53,924 bases of DNA from an uncultured Rhodoluna sp. (lineage in GTDB: Bacteria; Actinomycetota; Actinomycetes; Actinomycetales; Microbacteriaceae), in contig CAYVZV010000001.1 of the NCBI GenBank assembly GCA_964456485.1, positions 1 through 53,924 on the forward strand, read 5' to 3'. The notes below the pieces were generated by a model. It was not told the origin of the DNA. It made no database searches and saw only the letters and a program-made list of their open reading frames with translations. This document shows, piece after piece, positions 40,725-50,511 of this stretch (position 1 is the stretch's first letter; every line of letters begins with the position of its first letter). The translations under genes were made by a program, and so were the position numbers.

Positions 40725-42260
40725 ATGTCGATCGCAAACCAGTATGTCAATCCCCTCAGGGATCCCGACGATAATCGCCTGAATCGTATAGCTGGACCTT
40801 CTGGGTTAGTTCTATTCGGTGTCACAGGTGATCTTGCTCGAAAAAAGTTGATTCCTGCCGTCTACGATTTAGCCAACAGAGGGCTCCTCCCACCTGGATT
40901 CGGACTAGTCGGTTTTGCTAGACGGGACTGGAAAAACCAGGACTTTGAGAAAGTTGTTCACGACTCAGTTCGAGAGTATGCCAGAACGCCGTGGTCCGAA
41001 GATGTCTGGAAGCAGTTAGCAAATGGAATTCGATTTGTTGCTGGTGACTTTGATGATGACGCTGCCTTCGACAAGCTCAAGTCCACAATTGAAGAATTGG
41101 ATGCTACAAGAGGAACAAACGGCAACCACGCCTTCTACCTCTCAATTCCCCCGAAGTCGTTTCCACAGGTGACAAAGCAGCTTTCTCGTTCTGGGCTTGC
41201 CGATCCAAAACCAGACACTTTCCGAAGAGTAGTTATTGAAAAGCCATTCGGTTCTGACCTTCAGAGTGCTAGAGAACTAAATCAGGTTGTCGAGTCGGTG
41301 TTCCCGCCAGATTCAGTATTTCGCATCGATCATTACCTGGGAAAAGAAACCGTCCAAAACATCTTGGCACTTAGATTTGCAAACCAGCTTTACGAACCGA
41401 TTTGGAACGCCAACTACATCGACCACGTGCAAATCACTATGGCTGAGGACATTGGAGTAGGCGGAAGAGCCGGCTACTACGACGGTATCGGTGCAGCCAG
41501 GGATGTCATCCAAAACCACCTGCTGCAGCTTCTAGCTTTGACTGCCATGGAAGAACCAGCAACTTTTGACGCTTCAGACCTACGAGCAGAGAAAGAGAAA
41601 GTTCTAGCAGCTGTAAGGATTCCTGCTGACTTGGCCTCGCATACAGCGCGCGGCCAATACCTTGCCGGATGGCAAGGAGGCGAGAAAGTTCTCGGCTACC
41701 TTGAAGAAGATGGAATTGACTCTTCGTCGGAGACTGAGACCTTTGCCGCAATGCGGCTAGACATTGACACTCCTCGTTGGCAAGGAGTGCCGTTTTACTT
41801 GCGCGCCGGTAAGAGACTTGGTCGCCGAGTGACTGAGATTGCCGTTGTGCTCAAGGATGCCCCTCAGCAACTATTCAACGAGCGCCAAACCTCAACTCTT
41901 GGCCCTAATGCAATCGTTATTAGAGTCCAGCCTGATGAAGGTGTCACCATTCGATTCGGCTCCAAGGTTCCAGGCCCCGGTATGCAGGTTCGTGATGTGA
42001 CGATGGATTTTGGCTACGGTCACTCGTTTACTGAGGACTCACCCGAGGCATACGAAAGACTTATTTTGGATGTCTTACTTGGAGATCCACCGCTTTTCCC
42101 AAGGCACCAAGAAGTAGAGCTGTCTTGGATGATTCTTGACCCAATTGAGAAGTTCTGGGCGGAACAAGGTGCACCCGACACTTACCTTCCTGGATCATGG
42201 GGACCAAAATCCGCAGATGCAATGATGGAAATTGACGGCAGAAGCTGGAGGCGTCCATGA
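40725..42260 (+). CDS. zwf: Glucose-6-phosphate 1-dehydrogenase
   Basis: FGVTGDLARKK, EKPFG, RIDHYLGKE. Confidence 0.97.
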   Translation: MSIANQYVNPLRDPDDNRLNRIAGPSGLVLFGVTGDLARKKLIPAVYDLANRGLLPPGFGLVGFARRDWKNQDFEKVVHDSVREYARTPWSEDVWKQLANGIRFVAGDFDDDAAFDKLKSTIEELDATRGTNGNHAFYLSIPPKSFPQVTKQLSRSGLADPKPDTFRRVVIEKPFGSDLQSARELNQVVESVFPPDSVFRIDHYLGKETVQNILALRFANQLYEPIWNANYIDHVQITMAEDIGVGGRAGYYDGIGAARDVIQNHLLQLLALTAMEEPATFDASDLRAEKEKVLAAVRIPADLASHTARGQYLAGWQGGEKVLGYLEEDGIDSSSETETFAAMRLDIDTPRWQGVPFYLRAGKRLGRRVTEIAVVLKDAPQQLFNERQTSTLGPNAIVIRVQPDEGVTIRFGSKVPGPGMQVRDVTMDFGYGHSFTEDSPEAYERLILDVLLGDPPLFPRHQEVELSWMILDPIEKFWAEQGAPDTYLPGSWGPKSADAMMEIDGRSWRRP

Positions 42261-43192
42261 TTGTCGACCTGCCAAACACCACGGTAAGTAAGATTTCGAG
42301 GTCCCTAGTTCAAATCCGAGAACAAGGCGGAGCCGTCGCACTAGGTCGCGTTCTAACGTTGGTTATCCAAACTGATTCAGAGAATGCCGAAAATGCCATT
42401 CAAGCCGCAAACGCCGCATCAAGGGAGCACCCCTCACGAATCATTGTCCTCATCGATCAAGTAGATGGCCCTGAACCTAAGCTAGATGCCGAAATTAGAG
42501 TCGGCGGCGATGCTGGCGCTTCTGAAGTCATTGTTCTGAAACCCGTCGGCGAAGCAGCAAGTTATCCTCAGTCACTAGTGACAGGATTGCTTCTTCCCGA
42601 TGCGCCTGTAGTGGCCTGGTGGCCTAATTCAGCGCCTGAGAATGTGTCCGAGTCCCCTATTGGCAAGATAGCGACCAGACGGATAACCGATGCCCTCAGC
42701 CAAGTTGACCCGAAGGCTTTCCTTGGCAGGCTTTCGAAAAGCTATGCACCGGGTGACAGCGACTTTTCTTGGACGAGGCTGACCCTATGGCGTGCTCAAT
42801 TTGCCGCGCTCTTAGATCAGCCACCCTACGAGCGAATCAGTTCCGTTGAGGTAATTGGGGACCTCGAAAATCCGAGTGTGCTGCTGCTGGGTGCTTGGCT
42901 AAGGCAGCAGCTTGGCTGTCCAGTCTCCATGGTGCACCGCGAGGATTCAATTGGCGTCAAGGCGGTTTACCTCGTTCGCTTGGTTCGTGAGAGCAGTTCA
43001 ATAGAAATCCTTCGCGACCAGTCAAACATTGCAGTCTTAGCGCAGACTAACCAGCCGCCGAAGGAGCTTTCTCTGCCTGTTCGCTCACTTAGGGATTGCC
43101 TGGCGGAAGACCTTCGAAGACTCGATCCAGATCTGGCCTTTGAGAAAGTCATAACTTCTGGCTTGGACCTGCTTCTGAAGGAACAGCAATGA
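42257..43192 (+). CDS. opcA: G6PD assembly protein OpcA
   Basis: GAVALGRVLTLVI, EHPSRII, LLLPDAPVVAWW, DFSWTRLTLWR. Confidence 0.93.
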   Translation: MIVDLPNTTVSKISRSLVQIREQGGAVALGRVLTLVIQTDSENAENAIQAANAASREHPSRIIVLIDQVDGPEPKLDAEIRVGGDAGASEVIVLKPVGEAASYPQSLVTGLLLPDAPVVAWWPNSAPENVSESPIGKIATRRITDALSQVDPKAFLGRLSKSYAPGDSDFSWTRLTLWRAQFAALLDQPPYERISSVEVIGDLENPSVLLLGAWLRQQLGCPVSMVHREDSIGVKAVYLVRLVRESSSIEILRDQSNIAVLAQTNQPPKELSLPVRSLRDCLAEDLRRLDPDLAFEKVITSGLDLLLKEQQ

Positions 43193-43896
43193 GCAGAATA
43201 GTGATCAACGATCTTCTAGGGGCCGACGAGGTTGCATGGAGCGCAGCAAAAGACCTTGCGACTGAGCTTGCAAGTCTTCTTGAGTCACAGCAGGACGTGA
43301 ATCTGGTTCTGACAGGTGGCACCGTTGGCATCAAAGTGCTGAGCGAGTTAGCGCCTCTTATGGATGGTCTAGATCTGTCTCGTCTGCAAATCTGGTGGGG
43401 TGATGAGCGCTTTGTCGAATCAGATAGCCCAGATCGGAATTCAGTACAGGCACGTGAAGCTTTGTTGTCGCGAGTACCCATCCCCGAGCAGAACATTCAC
43501 GAGATGCCATCTATCGAAGACGGCGACTTAGAAACAGCATCCAAAACACTCTCGGAGCATTTTGACTCTGAAACACCGCGTTTTGACATCGTTTTATTGG
43601 GGATGGGCCCCGATGGCCATGTAGCGTCACTTTTCCCAGGCTCAAAGGCAATCGATTTTGGTAGATGGGTTGTTGCTGAACCAGACTCGCCAAAGCCCCC
43701 AAAGCAAAGAATTTCACTCAGCTATGAGGCACTCTCAAGTGCCAAACAAGTTTGGTTTTTAGTAGCCGGTAAGGATAAGGCGCCAGCTGTATCAAAAGTC
43801 TTTGAGGGTGAGGATCTTCCTGCAACTAGAGTTTCAGGAAAAGAGTTGACCAAGTGGTATCTGGATCGGGAAGCCGCTTCAGAAATTACTTCTTAG
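43189..43896 (+). CDS. pgl: 6-phosphogluconolactonase
   Basis: LTGGTVG, WGDERFV, LGMGPDGHVASLFP, DSPKPP. Confidence 0.94.
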   Translation: MSRIVINDLLGADEVAWSAAKDLATELASLLESQQDVNLVLTGGTVGIKVLSELAPLMDGLDLSRLQIWWGDERFVESDSPDRNSVQAREALLSRVPIPEQNIHEMPSIEDGDLETASKTLSEHFDSETPRFDIVLLGMGPDGHVASLFPGSKAIDFGRWVVAEPDSPKPPKQRISLSYEALSSAKQVWFLVAGKDKAPAVSKVFEGEDLPATRVSGKELTKWYLDREAASEITS

Positions 43897-44200
43897 CTGC
43901 TTTCTTTGCAGTTGGCTTTGCATTTGGCTTTGCAGAAGTCTTTGCTAGCGGTTTAGCAGCCTTCTTTACAACCTTGGCCGGAGCTTTTGCTTTTGCAGCA
44001 GCTTTGGCCTTCGCTATTGGCTTTGCGGGAGACTTCTTGGCTGTTGGCTTCGCAGGCTTGGCAGCAGTTTTCTTAGCTGCTGGCTTCTCAACTTTTTTGA
44101 CTGGCTTAGGCTTAACGGCTTTAGCCGCAGCGGCCTTTGCAGCAGCAACTTTAGCTGCGGCTGCCTTAGCTGCGGCAAGCTTTGCTTGCTTGGTAGCTTC
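43886..44200 (-). repeat. Degenerate AAK/PAK/AKK peptide repeats (histone H1/HupB-like low-complexity region)
   Basis: AKAAAAK x2, KPAAKK, AKPAKPTAKK, KPTAKKAAKK. The DNA repeats are only partial (TTAGCTGCGGC at 44151 and 44166). Confidence 0.8.
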
Positions 44201-44560
44201 CTGTGCAAGCTTCACTCTTCTTTCGCGAATTGACGCTAGAGCTTCATCCAGAAGGGACTTTGCCTCGTCGGCAGTACGGCGCTCCTTTACGTAAGCAAGG
44301 TGTGTCTTGTACGGTTCGTGCTTTGCTGTCTCAGGAGGATTCTTCTTGTCCTGACCGGCAGGCATGCCACAGTTTGGGCAATCGATCATGTCGGGAATTT
44401 CGCTTGGGTCGATGTGAGCTGCGAACATCGGCTCTTGAACGTGCCCGTTTATGCAGTAATAGCTTCTCTGGACACGCTCAGATTTGAATCCCCTGTATTG
44501 CTCGCCCATTGGGCCAGCGCCAACGCGAGAGCCTCTGATAGCTGAACCACCGTTTGCCAA
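43886..44560 (-). CDS. rbpA: RNA polymerase-binding protein RbpA with a C-terminal Lys/Ala/Pro-rich extension
   Basis: IRGSRVGAGPMGE, CPNCG, KTHLAYVKERRT...LLDEAL make up the RbpA core (~aa 1-115), in its usual position next to secG. About 105 aa of low-complexity basic tail follow in frame. Confidence 0.9.
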   Translation of the reverse strand: MANGGSAIRGSRVGAGPMGEQYRGFKSERVQRSYYCINGHVQEPMFAAHIDPSEIPDMIDCPNCGMPAGQDKKNPPETAKHEPYKTHLAYVKERRTADEAKSLLDEALASIRERRVKLAQEATKQAKLAAAKAAAAKVAAAKAAAAKAVKPKPVKKVEKPAAKKTAAKPAKPTAKKSPAKPIAKAKAAAKAKAPAKVVKKAAKPLAKTSAKPNAKPTAKKAAKK

Positions 44561-44570
44561 AAGCTAACCC

Positions 44571-44816
44571 CTAGAATCCAAATCTTGTGAAGAGTCCAAG
44601 TCCAATAACAGCAGACACCCAGACCAATCCCAAGATGATAGTGATTCGGTTCAAGTTGCGTTCGGCAACTCCCGATGAGGCGACGTTCGAGGTTACTCCT
44701 CCACCGAACATGTCAGAAAGACCTCCACCACGGCCCTTGTGTAGCAGAATCATCAGGATTAGCAGCAAGCTAGTGATAGCTAGCAGCACCTGGAGTGCGA
44801 TTTGAATGGCGGCCAT
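44571..44816 (-). CDS. secG: Preprotein translocase subunit SecG
   Basis: ILLHKGRGGGLSDMFGGG...AERNLNRIT, two TM. Confidence 0.95.
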   Translation of the reverse strand: MAAIQIALQVLLAITSLLLILMILLHKGRGGGLSDMFGGGVTSNVASSGVAERNLNRITIILGLVWVSAVIGLGLFTRFGF

Positions 44817-44846
44817 GATTTACCTGTTCTTTTTCAGTACTAGAGA

Positions 44847-44852
44847 ATTATA
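44847..44852 (-). promoter_or_regulatory. Consensus -10 TATAAT for secG-rbpA, overlapping the tpiA stop codon
   Basis: Perfect TATAAT about 30 nt upstream of the secG ATG. Confidence 0.55.
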
Positions 44853-45633
44853 AGCTGACATGCTTCTGGAATCGGCAGATCCCCGTAAACTCGGCTACAT
44901 CCAGGCTGGCACCGCCAACTAGAACGCCATCAACCTCGTCTGAGGCCAAGAATCCAGCCACATTTGCGCTCTTTACAGACCCGCCATAGAGGATTCTGGT
45001 CGCCTGGGCTACTTCTTCTGAAGCGAGCTCAGCAATTGCTGCTCGGAGCTTTCTTGCTACTTCAGCAGCTTGCTCTGAGGTTGCAACTTTGCCTGTTCCA
45101 ATGGCCCAGACTGGCTCGTAAGCGACTACAAACTCCCCCAGCTCCTTGTGTCCCTCAAGGGCTTTCTGAAGTTGTGCAATGGGCACCGCGGCCGCTCCCT
45201 GCTCCTCCAGCTGTTCAAGGGTTTCCCCGACGCAAATAACTGGAATTAAGTTGTTCTTGAAAGCTGAAGCTACTTTTGCCTGAATCATCTCGTCATCTTC
45301 GTTGTGAAGAGTACGTCTTTCGGAGTGACCGACCAGAACGTACTTCACGTCAAGTTTCTTCAAGAACTGACCTGAAATTTCGCCGGTAAATGCACCGGAG
45401 TCATGCTTAGAAAGATCCTGTGCTCCAAGCACGAGGTGCAGCTTGTCGGCATCCAAAAGTGTCTGGACGCTTCTAAGGTCGGTAAAAGGAGGGAAAACGG
45501 CAACCTCAACCTTGTCGTAGTCGTGGTTGACGTCCTTTAGTGTCCACGCAAGCTTTTGAACTAGGGCAATAGCCTGCTGGTGATCAAGATTCATTTTCCA
45601 GTTGCCCGCGATTAGCGGCTTACGGTCACTCAC
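44848..45633 (-). CDS. tpiA: Triosephosphate isomerase
   Basis: IAGNWKMN, GHSERR, AYEPVWAIGTG, LYGGSVK, LVGGASL. Confidence 0.97.
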   Translation of the reverse strand: MSDRKPLIAGNWKMNLDHQQAIALVQKLAWTLKDVNHDYDKVEVAVFPPFTDLRSVQTLLDADKLHLVLGAQDLSKHDSGAFTGEISGQFLKKLDVKYVLVGHSERRTLHNEDDEMIQAKVASAFKNNLIPVICVGETLEQLEEQGAAAVPIAQLQKALEGHKELGEFVVAYEPVWAIGTGKVATSEQAAEVARKLRAAIAELASEEVAQATRILYGGSVKSANVAGFLASDEVDGVLVGGASLDVAEFTGICRFQKHVSL

Positions 45634-46832
45634 TTCAAAACCTCCAGGCCAGGTAGGGATTTACCCTCTAAGTATTCAAGACTAGCTCCGCCTCCGGTTG
45701 AGATGTGACCAAAGTCCCTCTCCGAAAAACCAAGTGCCCTTACTGCTGCCGCTGAGTCGCCCCCACCTACAACACTGAGGCCTTGAACACTTGAAAGGGC
45801 CGAAGCTACCGCACGAGTTCCAGATGCGAATTTCTCCATTTCGAACACGCCCATTGGCCCGTTCCAGAAGCAAATCTTTGCCTCCCTAATGACCCTGGCA
45901 AATTCCTTCTCTGATTCTGGGCCAATGTCAAGACCTATGCCGGAGTCACCAAAGCGCGTCTGATCCAACGCGTCTGAGGACGCAATCTCGACATCAGCTT
46001 CGGCAGAAAAGCTATTAGCCATACGAATGTCGGTCGGCAAGATGATGTTCACACCGAGATTAGCTGCGCGGTCAATGTATTCTCTCACGACAGGAATCTG
46101 ATCTTGTTCTAGCAATGAACTAGCTACTTTGAATCCCTTGGCAGCCAAGAATGTGAAAAGCATGCCACCACCAACTACAAGATTGTCGATCTTTGGAAGT
46201 AAGGACCCAATCACAGCAAGTTTGTCCGATACTTTCGAGCCTCCGAGAACAACGGTGTACGGCTTTGAATCGGAACTTGTTAGAGCCTCAAGAACCTTGA
46301 CTTCTGCTTCAACCAGTAATCCGGCTGCAGACGGAAGCAACGTTGCTAACTCGTACACGCTTGCGTGCTTGCGGTGAACAACACCGAATCCATCGCTAAC
46401 AAATACTTCGGCAAGGTCGGCGAGCTTGATAGCAAATGCCATGCGAACCTCAGCATTTTTGCTGGTTTCTGCATCCTGGAACCTAAGGTTTTCAAGAACT
46501 GCTACCCCGCCAGGCATAAGCGCTTTAGCAACTCCCCTGGCTTCGCTTCCTACTGAATCACTTGCAAAGAAAACATCCTGATTTAGTAGCTCACCTAGCC
46601 TTGTTGCAACCGGTGCTAGTGAGTAATCGAGATTAACCTGACCATCTGGACGTCCAAGATGCGAGCAAACTAAAACGCTTGCGCCAAGTTCAAGTAATTT
46701 TCTAATCGTTGGCAATGCGGCCTGGATACGGCCGTCATCGACAATAACTCCCTCGTTAAAGGGAACGTTGAAGTCAACACGCAGCAGTACGCGCTTACCG
46801 GCAAGATCGCCGAGATCAGAAAGTGTTCTCAA
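45630..46832 (-). CDS. pgk: Phosphoglycerate kinase
   Basis: RVDFNVP, SHLGRP, LENLRF, GGSKVSDK, WNGPMGVFE, STGGGASLE. Start placed at TTG 46832, just after the gap stop. Confidence 0.95.
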   Translation of the reverse strand: MRTLSDLGDLAGKRVLLRVDFNVPFNEGVIVDDGRIQAALPTIRKLLELGASVLVCSHLGRPDGQVNLDYSLAPVATRLGELLNQDVFFASDSVGSEARGVAKALMPGGVAVLENLRFQDAETSKNAEVRMAFAIKLADLAEVFVSDGFGVVHRKHASVYELATLLPSAAGLLVEAEVKVLEALTSSDSKPYTVVLGGSKVSDKLAVIGSLLPKIDNLVVGGGMLFTFLAAKGFKVASSLLEQDQIPVVREYIDRAANLGVNIILPTDIRMANSFSAEADVEIASSDALDQTRFGDSGIGLDIGPESEKEFARVIREAKICFWNGPMGVFEMEKFASGTRAVASALSSVQGLSVVGGGDSAAAVRALGFSERDFGHISTGGGASLEYLEGKSLPGLEVLK

Positions 46833-46836
46833 GTTT

Positions 46837-47865
<1,029 letters not shown>

Positions 47866-47922
47866 CTAAGCGCTGATTCTGTGTGTTTTGGATCCACGCG
47901 CCCTCGGGTGGAATTGCTGGAC

Positions 47923-48546
47923 TCAGACTAGCAGTAAGCCCTTAGTCTGCCCTTTTGCAGCCTCAAAGCGCGCCTGAACGTCGGCCCAAGAGACAATGTT
48001 CCAGAAAGCGGCTACATAGTCAGCCTTGACGTTCTGGTAGTCCAGGTAGAAGGCGTGCTCCCACATATCCAGCATTAGAAGAGGAACTGAGGCGGCTACG
48101 AGGTTGCCCTGCTGGTCGTATAGCTGCTCAATAATTAGGCGCTGGCCGAGCACGTCCCAAGCCAAAATTGACCAGCCAGAGCCCTGGATGCCCATTGCAT
48201 TAGCAGTGAAATGAGCTCGGAAACCGTCATAGCTGCCAAAGAACTCATCGATTGCCGCTGCCAATTCACCGGTTGGCTTGTCTCCGCCATCGGCCGAGAG
48301 GTTCTTCCAAAAGATTGAGTGGTTAACGTGCCCGCCTAAGTTAAAGGCAAGGTCCTTTTGAAGTTTGTTGATCCAGGTTAGATCATTCTTTTCACGCGCT
48401 TCAGCCATGAGATCAAGAGTGGTGTTTGCTCCGGCAACATAGGCAGCATGATGCTTACCGTGGTGGAGCTGCATAATCCGGCCTGAAATGTGCGGCTCAA
48501 GAGCTGCAAAGTCGTAGTCAAGATCTGGAAGTGTGTACTTTGTCAT
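47923..48546 (-). CDS. sodA: Mn/Fe superoxide dismutase
   Basis: [29 protein letters not shown]. Confidence 0.95.
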   Translation of the reverse strand: MTKYTLPDLDYDFAALEPHISGRIMQLHHGKHHAAYVAGANTTLDLMAEAREKNDLTWINKLQKDLAFNLGGHVNHSIFWKNLSADGGDKPTGELAAAIDEFFGSYDGFRAHFTANAMGIQGSGWSILAWDVLGQRLIIEQLYDQQGNLVAASVPLLMLDMWEHAFYLDYQNVKADYVAAFWNIVSWADVQARFEAAKGQTKGLLLV

Positions 48547-48597
48547 CTGAAACGGTCCTTAGTTGTCGGTGTATCTCTATTATGCGGTGGAAACTGC

Positions 48598-49578
48598 CTA
48601 GTCGTTGTCTAGATCTTCTGGCAAGAATGCATCTGTTCCTTCGATGCCAAGATCTTCAGCTTTCTTGTCGGCCATTGAAAGCAATCTTCGTATTCTTCCC
48701 GCGACTGCATCTTTGGTCATCGGTGGATTAGCCAATCTTCCAAGCTCATCAAGACTTGCTTGCTTGTGCTTGACCCGAAGCTCCCCTGCGTACTTCAAAT
48801 GCTTTGGTACGTCATCGCCAAGGATTTCGAGGGCCCTGGCTACCCTTGCCCCTGCTGCAACCGCCGCTTGAGCGGAGCGACGAAGATTAGCATCATCAAA
48901 ATTGGCAAGTCGGTTGGCAGTTGCTCTTACTTCACGCCTTAGACGAAGTTCTTCCCATTTCAAAAGCTGTCCATGGGCTCCCATTTGCGTGAGCATTGCG
49001 CTGATTGCATCACCATCTCGGATAACGACACGGAAGACACCTCGAACTTCACGTGGCTTTGCTATGATTCCAAGTCTTCTAGCAACACCAACTAACGCCA
49101 TTGCAACTTCGTTTCCAGGAGCGGTGACTTCTAGTGCTGCCGAGCGACCTGGGTCAGTCAGCGATCCGTGAGCCAGAAAGGCTCCACGCCAAACTGCTTG
49201 AGCTTCCCCTAGGGATCCCGTTACTAGGGCTGCTGGAAGTCCTCGAGCGGGACGGCCGCGAGTGTCGACCAGTCCTGTTTGGCGAGCAAGAACTTCGCCT
49301 TGGCCAAGAACACGAACCTGATAGCGGTTAGTCTTTCTAATTCCCCCAGCAGAAATCACCGCTAGTTCACTGTCGCAGCCAAAAAGCTCAGTGAGATCCT
49401 TGCGAACCCTCCTAGCAACTTGTGCTGAATCTAGCTCGACTTCGATAACGACCTTGCCAGAAACAAGGTGCAGCCCACCGGCCAAGCGCAGAATTGTTGC
49501 CAACTCAGCAGCTCGAACCCCGTTCTTCGGGACCTCGATACGTGCAAGTTCGTCTTTGATATCTGCAGTTAGTGCCAA
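48598..49578 (-). CDS. whiA: DNA-binding protein WhiA
   Basis: [47 protein letters not shown]. Start is probably TTG 49578 (ORF track gives 49602). Confidence 0.94.
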   Translation of the reverse strand: MALTADIKDELARIEVPKNGVRAAELATILRLAGGLHLVSGKVVIEVELDSAQVARRVRKDLTELFGCDSELAVISAGGIRKTNRYQVRVLGQGEVLARQTGLVDTRGRPARGLPAALVTGSLGEAQAVWRGAFLAHGSLTDPGRSAALEVTAPGNEVAMALVGVARRLGIIAKPREVRGVFRVVIRDGDAISAMLTQMGAHGQLLKWEELRLRREVRATANRLANFDDANLRRSAQAAVAAGARVARALEILGDDVPKHLKYAGELRVKHKQASLDELGRLANPPMTKDAVAGRIRRLLSMADKKAEDLGIEGTDAFLPEDLDND

Positions 49579-49582
49579 GGGG

Positions 49583-50458
49583 CTACTCCTTACCAAGGTC
49601 ACGATGTCTTACCGTGACTGTGTATTCGTTATTGACTGAAAGAAGTTCTGAAAGCTTTTGGGACACTGCTACTGAACGATGCTTTCCTCCGGTACAGCCA
49701 ATGGCAATTGTCGCGTAATGCTTGTTTTCACGAAGATAGCCATCCAGAACCGGTTGGAGAGCTTTTGCATAGCTTTCTACAAAGTCCATCGCACCCGTTT
49801 GTGAAAGCACATACTCGCTCACCTGGCTGTCAAGGCCAGTGAATGGTCGTAGCTCTTCGTTCCAGAACGGATTCGGTATGAATCTTGCGTCTGCAACGTT
49901 GTCGGCGTCAGCCGGAATCCCGTATTTGTATCCAAAACTCATCACTGTCAGCTGAAGCTTTACGGTCGAATCAACCGAGAAATGTTCTGCAGTTTTTGTT
50001 GAAAGTTGGTGAACGTTCAAATCTGAAGTGTCCATCACAACATCCGCTGATTCCCTAAGAGCAAGTAGGCGTTTTCTTTCCTCGGCAATCCCATCGAGGA
50101 TCGTTCCATCCCCCTGCAGAGGATGGGGCCTGCGAACCTGCTCAAATCTCTTGACTAGAGTCGCGTCATTTGCCTCCAGGTACAGCACTCGCACGTTCAC
50201 GGCCTTACCTCCAAGCAAGGCCAGGTTTTCTTCAAGTTCACTGAAGAATTCGCCGCCGCGGACGTCGATGATTACTGCGAGTCTCGGAACGGGGGTTTTC
50301 GTAATGGTGAATAGGTCAGCTATGGGGCCCAGCATCTGAGGTGGTAGGTTATCGACCACGTACCAGCCCAAATCTTCAAGGGAATTGCCTACGGTTGAGC
50401 GACCGGCACCAGACATACCAGTGACAATCAGTAGCTCGTGGCCCACACTCTCAGGCAT
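49583..50458 (-). CDS. rapZ: RNase adapter / P-loop NTPase RapZ (YvcJ)
   Basis: [42 protein letters not shown]. Confidence 0.95.
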   Translation of the reverse strand: MPESVGHELLIVTGMSGAGRSTVGNSLEDLGWYVVDNLPPQMLGPIADLFTITKTPVPRLAVIIDVRGGEFFSELEENLALLGGKAVNVRVLYLEANDATLVKRFEQVRRPHPLQGDGTILDGIAEERKRLLALRESADVVMDTSDLNVHQLSTKTAEHFSVDSTVKLQLTVMSFGYKYGIPADADNVADARFIPNPFWNEELRPFTGLDSQVSEYVLSQTGAMDFVESYAKALQPVLDGYLRENKHYATIAIGCTGGKHRSVAVSQKLSELLSVNNEYTVTVRHRDLGKE

Positions 50459-50511
50459 TTGTTCCCCTCGTTCACCACGAGTCTAGCCAATTCGCGACAC
50501 GCCCGAGCGCG

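Noticed and set aside
43854-44294. 146-aa hydrophobic plus-strand ORF (AAFFAVGF...)
   Set aside because: It is the antisense shadow of the Lys/Ala-rich rbpA tail: AAA/AAG read as Phe/Leu on the other strand.
48564-48583. TGTCGG...TATTAT resembling the PafBC (RecA-NDp) promoter motif upstream of sodA
   Set aside because: The spacer is 8 nt rather than 10, and the motif is on the strand opposite to sodA.
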